From the NCBI GenBank assembly GCA_009602735.1, contig WELA01002286.1, positions 1 through 49,082 on the forward strand: DNA of 49,082 nucleotides. The letters are read 5' to 3'. Within the stretch, counting starts at the first letter, position 1. Each line of letters starts with the position of its first letter. Below the pieces are notes generated by a model. It saw only the letters and a list, made by a program, of their open reading frames with translations. It ran no database searches and had not been told where the DNA came from. This DNA comes from Mesotaenium endlicherianum (lineage: Eukaryota). Of this stretch, positions 25,075 to 38,076 are shown one piece after another. The position numbers and the translations under genes were made by a program.

Positions 25075-27399
25075 CTAGTACCCAATCGCTCTTGGTCTCC
25101 TTCTTCCTTAAGCTGCACCAAGAAGTCGCTCCTCCACCTCCTCTTCCTCTACCTCCTCTTCCACAACTTCCATCTCCTCTTTCTCACTCAACGAGGCATG
25201 CATGGCAAGATTGAGACCCTCTTCTTCAGGTGTCTCCAAGAACTTTGCTTCTTTATCCCATGGAGTCGCGCCGACACTTGGTCCAAGGAAGTCCAAACTC
25301 TTCTCTTGAAGTCTCAACAAAGAATGCACATACACTAACTTCTTTGCTCTAGTACGGAGAAGCCTATTGCAAAGTGGACTATGAACAAACCCGTGCTCGG
25401 ACCAATTTCTCTCACATGCACCTGCTGAACAACGTTGCGACAATATTCTCATAGCAAGAGTCTGAAATTAAGGACAATGACTTCCGTATATTTTCCACCA
25501 CACGTGAGCAGGCATCAAGGTCTTATTAGCCTTGCAAACATCATCGTCAAAAATGTCACCACTTTGCCGGTAGAGCGCCAAATCTCGATCCACCAATACT
25601 CAATCAGCCACCCCTCCTCCGACGAGGGTACTCCGCACGTTGGACCAATCGATAAGTAGACACTTTTCAACTGTCCAAGACTCGTGGTCTTGGAACTTGG
25701 GGTCCAAATAGTAGCCTGCAGCCACACAAAGTCAATTAGCTAACTCAGTACATGATCGACAACACAATGCACTTAACACAAACAAGAGAGCAACAACAGT
25801 GACTAGCACAATAACATTGACTAGCACACAATAACAAGAATGCAAGAGAACAGCAGCCGCCAAGAAAGAAAGGTGAGCAACAACAATATTGACTTTTACT
25901 CGCAGAATAGTTGCTCCCAGCGAACCTTCACGTCCTTCTCAACTTGGGTTCTTTGTGTTGGTTTGAGTCCTACAACCTCATGCATATGACTTTTAGAGGC
26001 ACTCGTGCTAGCCCAGATCTTCCTAAGAGAAGGTTGTGGAGAGTTGATTAGTCGAAGAAGAACTACGATTGGCTTACACAAGGGTACCCATACCTTCATT
26101 CGCTCCCAAAGTTTATCGTCGCGAACTAGGTATCAAATCTCCGTAGCGTCACCTACACAACCATTCATTGCCGCCCACACAAGCCACCTATTGCCAGACA
26201 CCATAGCTTGTAAGGTATCCCTCACAACGATGAGTCTTTGCAAGCAAAGAAAGTTACTAGCAAACCTCGTGGGTCTTGGCTTCAACAACTCTACTTTTAT
26301 TTTTAGCCTTGCCCCATGCTCATGGTAAAGAGTGTAAGGAATGTGGTGGTTTGCAACAAATTGGACCAAGTGCTTGAAACTATCGATTATGCCCTCTAGC
26401 TCTTTTATCTTTCCTAGGTCTTTCAATTGCAGGTCCACAATGTGAGCAGCACAAGGGGTCCAATATATGTGGGTGCTTCTCACTAACCACATTACAACCA
26501 GCTACAATGTTAGCTGCAGAGTCTGTGCAAAGCTGTACGACATGGTCGGCGCTTATCTTCTCCACGGCCGTTTTCCTTTCACCCTCAGTGTTGGTAGCAC
26601 CCATGAACATCTCAATGCCTCCCACAACCATTACCACATTAAGAAGAGGATGCCCGCATGGATCAGTCCCCCCATCTGCTACAATGCTACAACCTGTTAT
26701 TGGTAGTCCCTTCTTCTGTTTCTTCTCCCAAGCTTCTATCTTCAGCACCTCTTTATCTAGTACGGTAGTTCCAAGCGGCTTATCCTTCATCCGGACATAC
26801 ACTACACCTGTTTTCTCCGTGTATTTACTGACTGCACCCAACATCTCACTAAAGAACTCGCTGCGAGCAACAGTGAATGATGAACAAGTACCATAGAAGA
26901 AGCGAGCGACACTCTCATGGACAGCATCAGCATTCATGTTTTGGAACATGTCACTTATAGAGGTCTTTCTAATCTCCCTGTCTAATAAGGAGGAGCCACT
27001 AGCACCAGAACCCTCTTTAAACACGCGCTTTCGTGCAGCTTGCATGGCACTCTTACAACGTCGCTTTCCCAAGACACCACTAGACGAACCATTAAAACAA
27101 GAAATCATGACATCTAGAACCTCATCAAGAACCTCCTCACACTAACTAACATTCTTAAGTCCTCCCGTGAGATGGCCACAAATCCTGGTGATCCCAGCGA
27201 CAAACTCGTTAAAGCAATAGTTGCAATTGACCTTCATATGTGAATTCTTCGCCTCGGCTTTTGCAACGATGGATACATGGGCCCACTTCAGACAAGATCT
27301 TGCAACAACTGCTCTAGGGGGCAGACGAGCAATAAATGATCCAGTAGCCCCTCTCATTCTAGCAAGCGTTGCTTCACACAAAGTGGATGGTTGAGACAT
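25075..27399 (-). pseudogene. hAT transposase (BED finger, DUF659-type catalytic region, hATC dimerisation), spliced and degenerate
   Basis: CNYC..GITRICGH BED finger, CSIVADG, VVQLCTDSAAN, WTPCAAH, TRFASNF, SAGACERNWS; GT-AG intron about 25718-25899. Confidence 0.9.
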
Positions 27400-27759
27400 G
27401 ATGCGCGTGAAACCTGCAATAACCAAGGAAATAAATAATGCAATAAAAATTATGCTTAATAAAGACAGCAACAACAGGGCAGTATTGAAGGCAACCATGT
27501 AGGAGCAGCGGCAGGGGCAAGCACAGAGAGAGCAACAACAAGGCAGCAAAAGAGGCAAGCATAGGAGGAGAAGCACCAGAGGAAGCAAAAAAAGCAGCAA
27601 CATTGGGGCAGGCAACTGAAGCATTGCATCAGCAAGCCTGCCTCGGGAAGAACAAAATAAATAACTTCAAGGGTTGCAGCAAGCAAAAAGCAAGACAAGC
27701 GCGGGCAACTGCAACAAAGCAGCTGTCAGCCTGTCTCATCTCAGATAAGCAAAAACACA

Positions 27760-29050
27760 ATACGGGGGCGGCCAGCTGCGGCACTACGGCAGCCAGCCCG
27801 ATCCAGGCAAGAAGAAACACAACAGGGGAGCGGCCAATTGCAGCACTGCAGCAAGCCAGCCAACCCCCAGCAAGCAAACAAACTGGGACACGGGGGCGGC
27901 CAGCTGCGCCACTGTAGCACCCAGCACGCCCCGGGCAAGCAAACACACAACACGGGTGCGATCTGCTGCGGCACTTCAGCACCAAGCCCGCCCCGGGCAA
28001 TAAGAAACACAACAGGGGGGTGGCCAACTGCAGCACTGCACCAAGCCAGCTAGCCCCGCACAAGCAAGCAAACAGGGACACAAGGGCGTCCACTTGCGCC
28101 ACTGCAGCAGCCAGCCGCCCTGGGCTAGGAGAAACACAACACATGAGGCCAGCTGTGGCATTGCAGCAAACAGCCCGCCCCAGGTAAGAACAAACACAAC
28201 AAGGGGGCGACCAACAGCGGCTCTGCAACAAGCCAGCCAGCCCCGAGCAAGCATACAAACAGGGACACGAGGGCGGCCAGCTGTGCCACTGCGGCAGCCA
28301 GCCCGCCTCGAACAAGAAGAAATACAACAAACGGGCAGCTAGCTGCAGCACTACAACAAGCCAGCCAGTCAGTCCTGAGTAAGCAAAAACAGAGGGACAC
28401 GGGGGCGGCCAACTACGCCACTGCAGCAACTAGTCCGCCCTTAGCAAGAAGAAACATAGCAGGGGGGCGGCTAGCTGCAGCACTACGGCAAGCCAGCCAG
28501 CCCCAAGCATGTGGCGCCATGTACAAGGGGGGGGGGGNNNNNNNNNNNNNNNNNNNNNNNNNNNNNNNNNNNNNNNNNNNNNNNNNNNNNNNNNNNNNNN
28601 NNNNNNNNNNNNNNGGGGGGGGGGCAACGGACCCGTTTATCAAGTCGAATGACGGTGGCGCGTCAGTAGGCGTACGGGCTGCCACCTTGCTCCTCTTGAT
28701 CTTGGCCTACCCGACGCCAATACCAAGAAAATAAAGTTTCAGTATGTAGAGAAAAAAAGAATAGGGCACAATAGAAGAGGGAAAAGAACACCAAAAATCA
28801 GCAACACGGGGGCGGGCAGCTGCAGTACTACAGCAGCCAGTCCGCCCCGAGCAAGCAGAAGTAAAAAAAATAGCAACACGGGGGCAAGCAGGAGCAGCAC
28901 TGCAGCAGCCAGCCCACCCCAGGCAAGCAGAAACAAAATAACATGGGGGTAGGCAGCTGCAGCACTACAGCATTCAGCCCACCCCAACTACAACACAAAA
29001 ACAAAAACAAACCAGCAGGAGGCGAGCAATTGCAGCTCTGCAGCAGGCAG
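27760..29050. repeat. Minisatellite of ~60-68-bp units upstream of the hAT1 transposase
   Basis: Recurrent GGGGGCGGCCAGCTGC..CACTGCAGC..GCCAGCC..CCC..GCAAG units. Confidence 0.85.
28538..28614. other. Assembly gap
   Basis: N run flanked by poly-G. Confidence 1.
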
Positions 29051-29587
29051 CTGCCCCAATTAAAGCACAAATACAAAGAAGCAGCCAGCAAGGGGCTGGC
29101 ATCTGCAGCACAACAGCAATTAGGGAGTAGAGCAATTAAACCTGTGAGAGATTTGCTCGGCTTCTTGAATGTGAATTAGTTCTTTAAGTCCTCCCTGAAA
29201 CAAATTAGATAAAGAAAACCAAACAGACGTCATACGCACTTATGAGAGTAGGAAGCCGATGAAGATAAAGAAGGAGGTGACGCCTGCTAAAGAACTCGGA
29301 CAGTTTGGTTTCTAGTCCAAATACATCTCTCTAAAAGTATAACAGAAACAGAACTACATGAAATATAAGAACGACATAAGCAAGAGAAAGACGAAGGGAA
29401 GGGAGGGGAGAAAATGAACCTGAAGAGATCTGCCCACTGAATGTGAATTACCGACTAGCACTGTATTCAATCCTCCCTTGAAGACACGAAACAAATATGA
29501 CACGCACACAAGAGACTAAGAAGCATCGTAAAGTAAACATTGAGGTTGAACATTGATGATTGCTCCATCAACAACTATGATTAGAAG

Positions 29588-30088
29588 TGTAGTGATTGGA
29601 GTTATAATGTATTAGTTTGCATATATTTTAATGCTTTTGAATATATTTGGAGAAGTATTGTGTGGAGTCAAGTGTGGATAGATACTCTAGTGATTTGGTT
29701 CATGTCCTTTAAACCTTCTAAGGCATTTTCAAAGTTAGAGGAAGGACCTAGAAGAACTCCATGTGACAAAAGTCAAACGTGCCATTTTTAGGTCAAAAGG
29801 ACATGTGTACATTATTCTAGAAAGAGGTGGCAAGTTTTGGGATGTGTTAGGTGCCAACACATCAACATACACCTTCCTAGAAATTCCTTATGTAGCAAGT
29901 ACATAAACAAGAGCTAGAACATAGAAAGACATTCGAAAATCACTATTGTACATGCCAACTTCTAGAAATATATTAAGTTTCAAGAAGTCATGTCTTTCAA
30001 GAAGCTACCACTTGTGTTCAAAGATTCTTGTCTTGAATAGATAAAGTATTATATTTTGCTAAGTACTTTATCTATGTGTTTCACTACA
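29588..30088 (+). repeat. Solo LTR of family A inside hAT1
   Basis: Homologous to 7258-7760; TSD AGAAG at 29583-29587 and 30089-30093. Confidence 0.95.
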
Positions 30089-30534
30089 AGAAGCAAAATT
30101 TGCATACACCTCTCGTATAGTAGGTAGTCAAAACCCAAACACAAACTACAATAAGTAACGAAAGGGAACAACATGAGAAAAGAACAGGTGCGGACAAATA
30201 CTGAGGTTGTAAAACGAGTCAAAAAAGTAACTTACCACAAATTGAAGCTGAAGAATGTCATGGATGTCGCTGCGAATTTTCGAAAGTTCCCGCCGGTGCA
30301 AAACCTGCCACATTGTACCTCAAAACTTTCAATCGCGTCGATTAACGCGTTGTTTGGACTAGCGAGTGAAAGAAGGCGACGCTCGCACAAGTAAAGGACG
30401 TTGAAACGTCAATGAGCGGCGCGCACGAGTGAAGCTCATCTAGTTTGCTTAGTTCGAGCAAATTGACTCAGTTCGCTTGGTTTAGGATACGGGGTTCGGC
30501 CAGTTCGGCCAATTCAGCGAGCGGCGTAACCCAC

Positions 30535-30834
30535 CCTATAAGTGGCCAGGCTCTTCTGCCAATCAACCTCTTCCTTCTTTTGCCTTGACTCTTCAGCAAC
30601 AGCTGCCGCTTCTTTTTGTTTCCTTTGTCTCTCCTCCTCCGCTTTTATGAGTGTCTCAGTTTCCTGTTCCTTCTTCTTCTCTGCCTCCTCTGCTGCTTCC
30701 AGCTGCCTCGAGATCCGCTCTTGTTCTCTCTTGATGAGGGATGTCGCCGTCAACTCTGTGTGGTAGCGCTCCATCGTCTTCCTGGCTACTTCTGCCTTGC
30801 GCTTCTTATCTTTCTTTTGGTTAGTGGGAGCCAT
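30535..30834 (-). pseudogene. D1 ORF3 N-terminus (basic, coiled-coil)
   Basis: MAPTNQKKDKKRKAE...QKSLATYR; homologous to D2 46102-46318 plus 42000-42082. Confidence 0.85.
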
Positions 30835-31169
30835 CCTTCTCATGTACCCACAAACACAAGTTCGTAGGATCCAACTGAATGTTACTATATTCGCAAGCAA
30901 AAGCAGTTTGTTGTCAATTAAATCGGTTCAATCCCTTACCTTAACAGATTTGTGCTAGGAGTCCAATAATCCATGGTGTAATAATTCTGAGCAGGTGAAT
31001 GAGTAGTGTGGGTTGGGTGGTTATGCAGGGCCTCGTGAGCGCCCTCCAACGCTAATGAAAATCATCTCGTCAGTCACTTGGTGTCACATTCCTGTTACTG
31101 TCACATTCCCCTCCAACTTAATTGGAGACAGGACCTCATGTCACCTTCCCATGTCAGCTGATATGACAG

Positions 31170-32734
31170 TTAAGGTGGTCTACCAGCCTCGCGGAGATAA
31201 AATCGTTTCAATGCACCCTGAGCATTGACCAGATCGTCTCGGGACTCCCATGTGTCCCCAAATGCATCATAACCTTTCCATCTGACGAGGTACTTCATGA
31301 TATATTTAGAAGATCGGCGTACAGATCGAGCTTCCAAAATATCCTGAACCTCATACTCCTCAAGAACATTATCCTTGACAGGGGGGATTGGTCTCGGTTG
31401 GACGCGTAACCGACCTGTGAACAGGATGTCACCTTAATGTACGGTTGCAGGAACAAGACATTGAAAGTTAGGTGACCCTTGTATTCCGCTGACATGTTCA
31501 GTTTGTACGTATTCTAATCGACTCGGCGTACGACCAATTAGGGACCGAGCCACACTGGACCCAGCTTTCCTTGACCACTCTAGGAAGGTATAAGTGTTGA
31601 GAATTCAATTTGACCAAATTGTCTTTAGCAAATGCCAGTTCCCGACGGTGTTGGTTGGCATATTTTTCTTGGGTTTTTGGTGCCTTAAACAGATTGTGTT
31701 GGACTTCTGACAGAGTGTCAGCAAAGTCTTGGAGCAATTAAAGGGATCCCAGGTTGTCAATCCCTTCGGAGTGAGTCAATGCCTCCCCTAGAATATCGAA
31801 AGGAGACTTAGGAATTCTACTCAGGCTGATTCAAATAGGTTCATTCCCATTGACGTATGGACAGCACTGTTGACAACATACGAAATTTGGAGCAACAAAT
31901 TGTCCCAATTATCATGTTTCTTATTAGTGTTGGCTCGCAATACTTCCTGTAGGACTTTGTTAGTTTCTCCAATTTGCTCATCAGTCTGAGGGCGGTCTGC
32001 TGTGCTGAGCGAATGCTTGACTCCCATTAATGCTCTCCAAAATTGGGAGGTAAATTTTGAGTTTCTATCTGAGATGATGTTTGAGGATAGCTTATGTTGG
32101 CATACTACGTTGTTGTAGAATTGTCTCGCAGTTTCAAGAGTAGTCACTTTGACAGTTATGGGGATGAAAATGGCTAATATTGTCAGTTTATCCGCTACTA
32201 CCAATATAGAATCATGCCCATTGGCAATCCTTGGTAGTGTCACCACCCAATCCATTGATATGGTTTCCTACCTTCCAGCTGGAATCGATAGTGGTTGTAA
32301 CTGCCCCCCGAGTGGTGTGTACCTAGACTTTTTTTTTGATACTGATCATGGGACTTCAAATATTTTAAGACCTTTGGGGGAAAACCTTCCCAGTGGTAGT
32401 TTCTTACCAGTTTGCAACAGTTTTGGCCTGCCCCAAATGCCCACCCAGTAAGCTGTCATGAGCCTGACTTAGTAACACCGACCTTAATTCCAAGCTGTTA
32501 GGAATAATCAGTTTCAACCTTCCAGAGGTGGTTACATTTACCCAAATCCCTCCTTTTAGCCAAAAACCAAGAGCAGTAGCAAGACACACCCCATCATTTT
32601 GGCTGGGTTCAAATGTTGGGTAAGAAAGGTAGGCTTTCCTAAGTTGTTCAAGAAAGGTCTTTTTCACTTTAAGTGAGGTGAGTGCACGAAGGACCGTGCC
32701 GACGGCATGCTGATTAAAGTTCCTTTCTTGCAAT
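31170..32734 (-). pseudogene. pol: D1 pol 3' part (integrase-chromodomain)
   Basis: HDSLLGGHLG, MDWVVTLP, IISDRNSKFTS; homologous to 46753-48320. Confidence 0.9.
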
Positions 32735-34014
32735 CAGGGTTACGCCGTACGCCGTACAGGTCGACCTTCGTACGCTTAAATGAACATACTTAAGTCGTTT
32801 GCACGTTCCAAGCGTACAAACATTTCTTGACTCGTGCGTGCCGCCCTAAAACGCCTTGACGCCTTCACGTCCGACACCGTAGGCTCTGTTTCACTTGTGA
32901 CTTTGCGCACATTGTCGATCAACGGGATTTGAACAAGCAAGTATTTCTTGACAGGTTTGTGGAGCAACGGCGAGAACTAGAAAGAAGTTCACAGCCTTTC
33001 ACCAATATTTTGGCGGATTCTAATTACGAACTCGTTCCCACTTTTCATCAACGTGCACTTGTTTCGCTAGCTGCACATCTCACAGCTAAGGGCAGGAACT
33101 CTTTGGTCCAAGCTCTCGGGCCTACTTAAGAGATCTCTAGCGTCTTCTTCTGCATTACGCATCTGCAATATATCGTAAAATTTGTTACTTTTGCGTTTAA
33201 CACCTTGCTGCCTTGCACGCTGTTCCCCTTCGTACACTGTAATGAAAACCCTCGTATCAAATTGTTCAAATTTGTATCATACAAGTTGCTTGCAGGAGCA
33301 GGTGGCTGCATATTATGTTCTTCAATCACAACCTCTCTATGTTGTTGATCGCTTACGTTGTGCTAACTGTGTTTTACATTGTTCCTTCGTTTGTTTTCAG
33401 GGAACTTCACACGAGGTTGTGGCTGGTTGCAGATGGTATCAACACTACTAATTAGCAGGTCAAGAAGTTCCTTCACCTTCCTCTGTCCCTCCTTTGCTTA
33501 CAGTTTAGATGCCTAATGGCGTTCAAATTGCTTGGGAGGCTCAAACATAGCTTCGATTTAAGCAGTTGCAGTGTTTTGATCACAACTTATTTTTCGTCCG
33601 CTTCGCAAGTGCTAGAACTTGCATGCGACTAGGAGCAATATTGAATGTGTTGGTCACTGAATGGGTTACGACCTTTCTTTTTCCTCACCTGTGTGCAGGC
33701 TATTTAGGAGCAAGCTGTGAACTATGTTGAAGGAAGCTTTCAAAGAACGATCACAGTCAAACCATTGCCTGAGAGTGCCTCTTGGCCGCCCAGTGTCTGA
33801 TAGAGTTAGCAAGCGTGGCATTGCGCATCACGTCATCTGTCAATAGCAAATTTCAGGTGAGCACATAGGAACCTTGTAAGCCTATTGTCTTCACAAACAA
33901 CTACGCTAGACAAGCTTAGGAATGGTGAGCAGGTACATGCCTGGACTTCAAAGCCTCGGTTATTTGTGTGCACCCAAAGGAGGGATGAGTTTTTGGTTGA
34001 ATCTTTACGTGACT

Positions 34015-34810
34015 CGGGGCTGGCTGCCAACCCCTTCCTTGCTTGCTTGCCGGGCTGGTTGCCAGCCCCTCGCTTGCTTTTTGGGAGGCTGGCTGCCAGT
34101 CCCTTGCTTGCTATTGTCGGGCTGGCAACCTGCCCCTTGCTTGCTATTGTTGGGCTTGGTTGCCAGCCCCTTGCTTATTTTTGTTGAGGCTGGCAGCCTG
34201 CCCCTTGCGTCCAAGTTGCTATTATTGAGGCTGGCTGGCTGCCCCTTGCTTGTTTCAGTCGAGGTTGGCAGCCAGCCCCTCGCTTGCTTTTTGGGGGGCT
34301 AGCTGCTAGGCCCTTGTTTGCCCCTTTCTTATGTTTTTTTACATCATTCTTTTACAGTTGTCTCCTTGTTTTTGTCTTGTGTGAAGCAGGCCAAGACAAA
34401 TAGGACAGAGAAGACCCCCCTTGGCCATATTACACGTGTGCCCACCGACGCGTGAGCGACCTCAACACGCTGACAGGTGCCTTGATCCTCCCTCCTTCCT
34501 CTTTCCCGCTCTCTCTCTTGCCCCTTGCTTCCTTCAGTTGGGGCGGGCTAGCAGGCCCCTTGCTTGGTTTTGTCGGGGCTGGCTAGCTGCCCCTTGCTTG
34601 CTTTTGTCGGGCTGGCTAGCTGGCCCTTTGATGCTCTTGTCGGGCGGGCTGCAGCCCCCTTGCATGTTTTTGTCGGGCCTGGCTAGTAGCCCCTTGCTCG
34701 CTTTTGTTGGGGCTGGTAAGTAACCCCTTGCTTGCTTTTGTCGGCGCTGGCTGCAGCCCCTTTGATGCTCTTGTCAGGGTTGGCTGCAGCCCCCTTGCTT
34801 ATCTTTGGCA
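34015..34810. repeat. ~31-bp minisatellite (GGCTGGCTGCCAGCCCCTTGCTTGC...) in hAT2
   Basis: Many degenerate tandem units in two blocks. Confidence 0.85.
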
Positions 34811-35173
34811 GGGATGGCCTTGCTTGGTTTTTTCGTTGATGGCTGCTTTCTTGCTTTCCTGCTCACCTGCTATTGATCCCTTGCTCGTTTGCTCTCTTGC
34901 TGCTGCTTCTTGCCTGCTCACCTGTTATTGTGTTGCTCTTTTGCTTTCGTGCTGCTGGCTTTTTGTTTGTTTGCTGCTGCTACTGCAGCTGCTGGGTGGC
35001 TGGCTGGGTGGCTAGCTGGGTGGCTGGCTAGCTAGCTGGCTGGCTGGATGCTGCAGTGCTCGCTTGTTTTAGATGCTTGCCTATTGCTGCTCCCTTGCTT
35101 GTTTTAGTGGCATCTTATTCAGTCTCTTACTGATTGTTACTGTGCTTCGTTATTGCAGGTTTCACGCGCAATC

Positions 35174-36150
35174 ATGTCTCAACCATCCATTCCGGAATAA
35201 CGCTTGCTGGAATGAGGGCGTCCATTGGAGCTTTAATCGCTCGTCTGCTCCCTAGAGCAGTTGCTGCAAGATCTGGTCCAGAGTGGGCCCATGTGATTAT
35301 CGTTGCGGCAGCCAAGTCCAAGAAATCATTCCCAAAGGTCATGTGCAACTACTGTCCCAAGGAGTTTACTGGTGGAATCACGCGTATTTGTGGCCATTTC
35401 ACAAAAGGATGTAAGGATGTTAGTCAGTGTGAGGAAGTTCTTATTGAAGTTCTAGATGTCATGATTAGCCATAGTAACGGTACGGATAGTAGTCTCTTGG
35501 GAACGCTACATAGGAAGAGCGCCATGGAAGCTACACAAAAGCGCGTGCATGAATGTGATTCTGGTTCTAGTGGCTCAGCATGTGCATCTGTTTGAGGGTC
35601 GTCCTCCTAAGGCAGGGAGATGAGGCAAACCTCTGTAAGTGACATGTTTCAAAACATGAATGCTGATGCTGTCCATAAGAGTGTCGCTTCTTCAATGGTA
35701 CTCGTTTATCATTCAATGTTGCTCGCAGTGACTTCTTTAGGGACATGTTGGTTGCTGTCAGTAAGTGCACCCAAGAAATGGGTGTAGAGTATGTCCCGAT
35801 GAAGGATAAGCCTCTGAGAAGTACCCTACTAGATAAAGAGGAGTCAAAGATAGAGGCTTGGGAGAAGAAACAAAACAAAGGACTACCACGGACAGGTTGT
35901 AGCATTATAGCAGATGGGTGGACTGATCCATGCGGGCATCCTCTTCTTAACGTGCTTATGGTTGTGGGAGGCACTGAGACGTTCATGGATGCTATTGACA
36001 CCTCGGGTGAACGGAAAACTGGTGCCTACATTGGTAGCCACTTGCTTGCGGCCGTGGAGAACATAGGCGTCGACCATGTCGTACAGCTTTGCACAGACTC
36101 TGCAGCAAACATTGTAGCTGGCTCTAATGGGGTTCATGAGAAGCACCCAC
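35174..36150 (+). pseudogene. hAT transposase N-terminal half
   Basis: CNYCPKEFTGGITRICGH, CSIIADGWTD, VVQLCTDSAAN; same TTGCAG acceptor upstream of the ATG as in hAT1. Confidence 0.88.
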
Positions 36151-36699
36151 ACAATAACAAGCATGGAAGAGAACAGCCGAGCAAGATGGGTGAGCAACAA
36201 CAATATAGAATTTTACTTGCAGAATGTAGGGGGCTGTGAAGCTGGTCCCAGCAAGGCTCCACGTCCTTCTTAACTTGGGCGTTTTGAGACGGTTAGAGTC
36301 CTAGCTCCCCATACAAATGCTCTTTAGTGGCAGACATGCGAGCCCAGGTCTTACCAAGAGAAGATTGTGAAGAGTCGACTAGTCTAAGGAGAACTATAAT
36401 CGGCTCACACACGACTAACCATACCTCCACTCGCTCCAAAACTTCATCATCGCGAACTAGGTCTCTAATCTCCGTAGCCTCAACTACATAACGGTTTTTG
36501 CCGCCCAGTCATGCCACCGTCTATCAGCCACCATAACTTGTAAGGTATCCCTCACATTAATGAGTCTTTGCAAGCAAAGAAAGTTATGAGCAAATCTCGT
36601 GGGTCCTGGCTTCAACACCTCTAGTTTTTTTTTTAGCCTTGCCCCATGCTCACGATAAAGAGCGTGAAACATGTGGTGGTTTGCAACAAACTGGACCAA
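36151..36699 (-). pseudogene. Inverted middle segment of hAT transposase plus intron start
   Basis: VQFVANHH..TRFAHNF matches 25826-26370 in the same orientation as hAT1, so opposite to 35174-36150. Confidence 0.85.
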
Positions 36700-36702
36700 A
36701 GC

Positions 36703-37412
36703 ATCAATATTATGATATATATAATATTCAATTAAATGTAGTAGGTAATTAAGTTGAGTATGTTGACTTTGAATTACAATTTAGTCTGCTGGACTTGTAT
36801 TCGTGTTCAGTATCATGACTCCGCCGATAGCAGCAGGCTGAAGTCCGCTTAAGTCACCTTGCTGACACATTCTTTGACAACCAATTGATCGCCTAACACA
36901 ATAATCAGCGTACTGCCTTATTTTGCTACTGTTGTGTGACATGCTAGTAGAATGGCCAGATGACGCCTTAAGTGGATGGCTATTTGGGATGATGGGAGAT
37001 GGATGTGGATTTGGTTAAACAAGGTCCTACCGACGTGGTTAAGTCCTGTGTAGGTGGGGCCATCGCACTTATCATTGAACAATAAACTCATTCCAGGTAC
37101 ATATGCTAGGCAAGGCTACCGATTTCGGCATTCGAAAACGAGGCCAACTTTCTATATAGAGTAGTGAGAGAATATACAGATCCAAGGCTACAAGCCGTCA
37201 CACACACTGTTTACTAACCTTGCTTATACATGATTATTCTGATTGCATGATTGATGCACGTTACTTGCATTTGACTTGAATATTGCTTATTGTTAGTTAC
37301 ATGGGCCTTTGCTGATTTATAAATTGACCAGAAAGACCATAAAGATTACTTGGTGATATGAAAATGTGTCATTAATTGTTCCATCGCTTATAAAAAAAGT
37401 CAATTTATTTCA
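36703..37412 (+). repeat. Family D LTR, nearly complete
   Basis: Reverse complement of 21378-22081; ends ATTTCA; no PBS follows. Confidence 0.85.
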
Positions 37413-38076
37413 CCCAAGCTCGTCTAGACACTATTAAACTAATATATACAAACTAGAGTAGCAAGCTGCATATGTTCAACACTCCCTCTCAACTTGTACA
37501 TTATTTTTCATCGAACACTTTTCAAGGAAGACCATCACACCCATAGCAATCAAAGGTTTAAGACAACGCTGTAGACTTGCTAGCTACATAATTCAGCACT
37601 ACCTCTAAATTACTACACCTTTTCACATTAAGCACTTCTACACATAATTGAAAGGCTCACAATGAATACTAGAATGAATTAACCTCTCATCTCCTCTTAA
37701 CTTGCTCTTTCCTCCAAGCTTTAATAGAACTCATCCTTTGTCTTCATCTTCATCCTCAATCTTCATCTCCTCTGCTCTAGCCAATATCTTTACCCTCTCC
37801 TTCCTCTCTCTAGTGTGCTAACTCCCTCTTTCTAGCTTTACACTCCTCATCTTCATCACGAATTTTACTTCACATGTCTTTGCTCCTGCAGACATCGAGA
37901 CTTCCGACTCCCTCCTCTATCCAAATATGGTAACACTCTCTATCCTCTTGTTGCCTGCCCCTGCTTCTATTTTTAGTAGTCTCCCAAATGTACAAGCTCT
38001 CTCCCTCTCTTAGTACCCCTCCTCATCACAGTTTTTCTACTCTCATATATCTCAGCTCGAGCCTCCTGATCTAGCT
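37413..38076 (-). mobile_element. Very degenerate Copia 3' fragment
   Basis: Minus-strand TGAGAGGGAG|TGTTG at 37477-37491 matches the Copia PPT/LTR junction at 4714-4728. Confidence 0.4.

Larger units (their letters stand above)
23692..30534 (-). mobile_element. hAT transposon (hAT1) with degenerate transposase
   Basis: Ends CAGGGTTACGCCG / CGGCGTAACCCAC; 8-bp TSD ACTATAAG (23684-23691) / CCTATAAG (30535-30542); flanks rejoin D1 ORF3. Confidence 0.9.
21378..32734 (-). mobile_element. Family D Gypsy chromovirus copy D1 (3' half: INT-chromodomain, ORF3, 3' LTR), interrupted by hAT1
   Basis: Colinear with D2 after removing hAT insertions. Confidence 0.88.
32735..36700 (+). mobile_element. hAT transposon (hAT2): 5' end present, 3' end lost or rearranged
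   Basis: Starts CAGGGTTACGCCGTACGCCG; carries minisatellite and a transposase homologous to hAT1. Confidence 0.8.

Noticed and set aside
27603..29179. Many Cys/Leu/Ala-rich ORFs (e.g. 27629-28429) and a CRISPR-like periodicity
   Set aside because: Products of a degenerate minisatellite; no constant repeat with unique spacers, no cas genes, eukaryotic context
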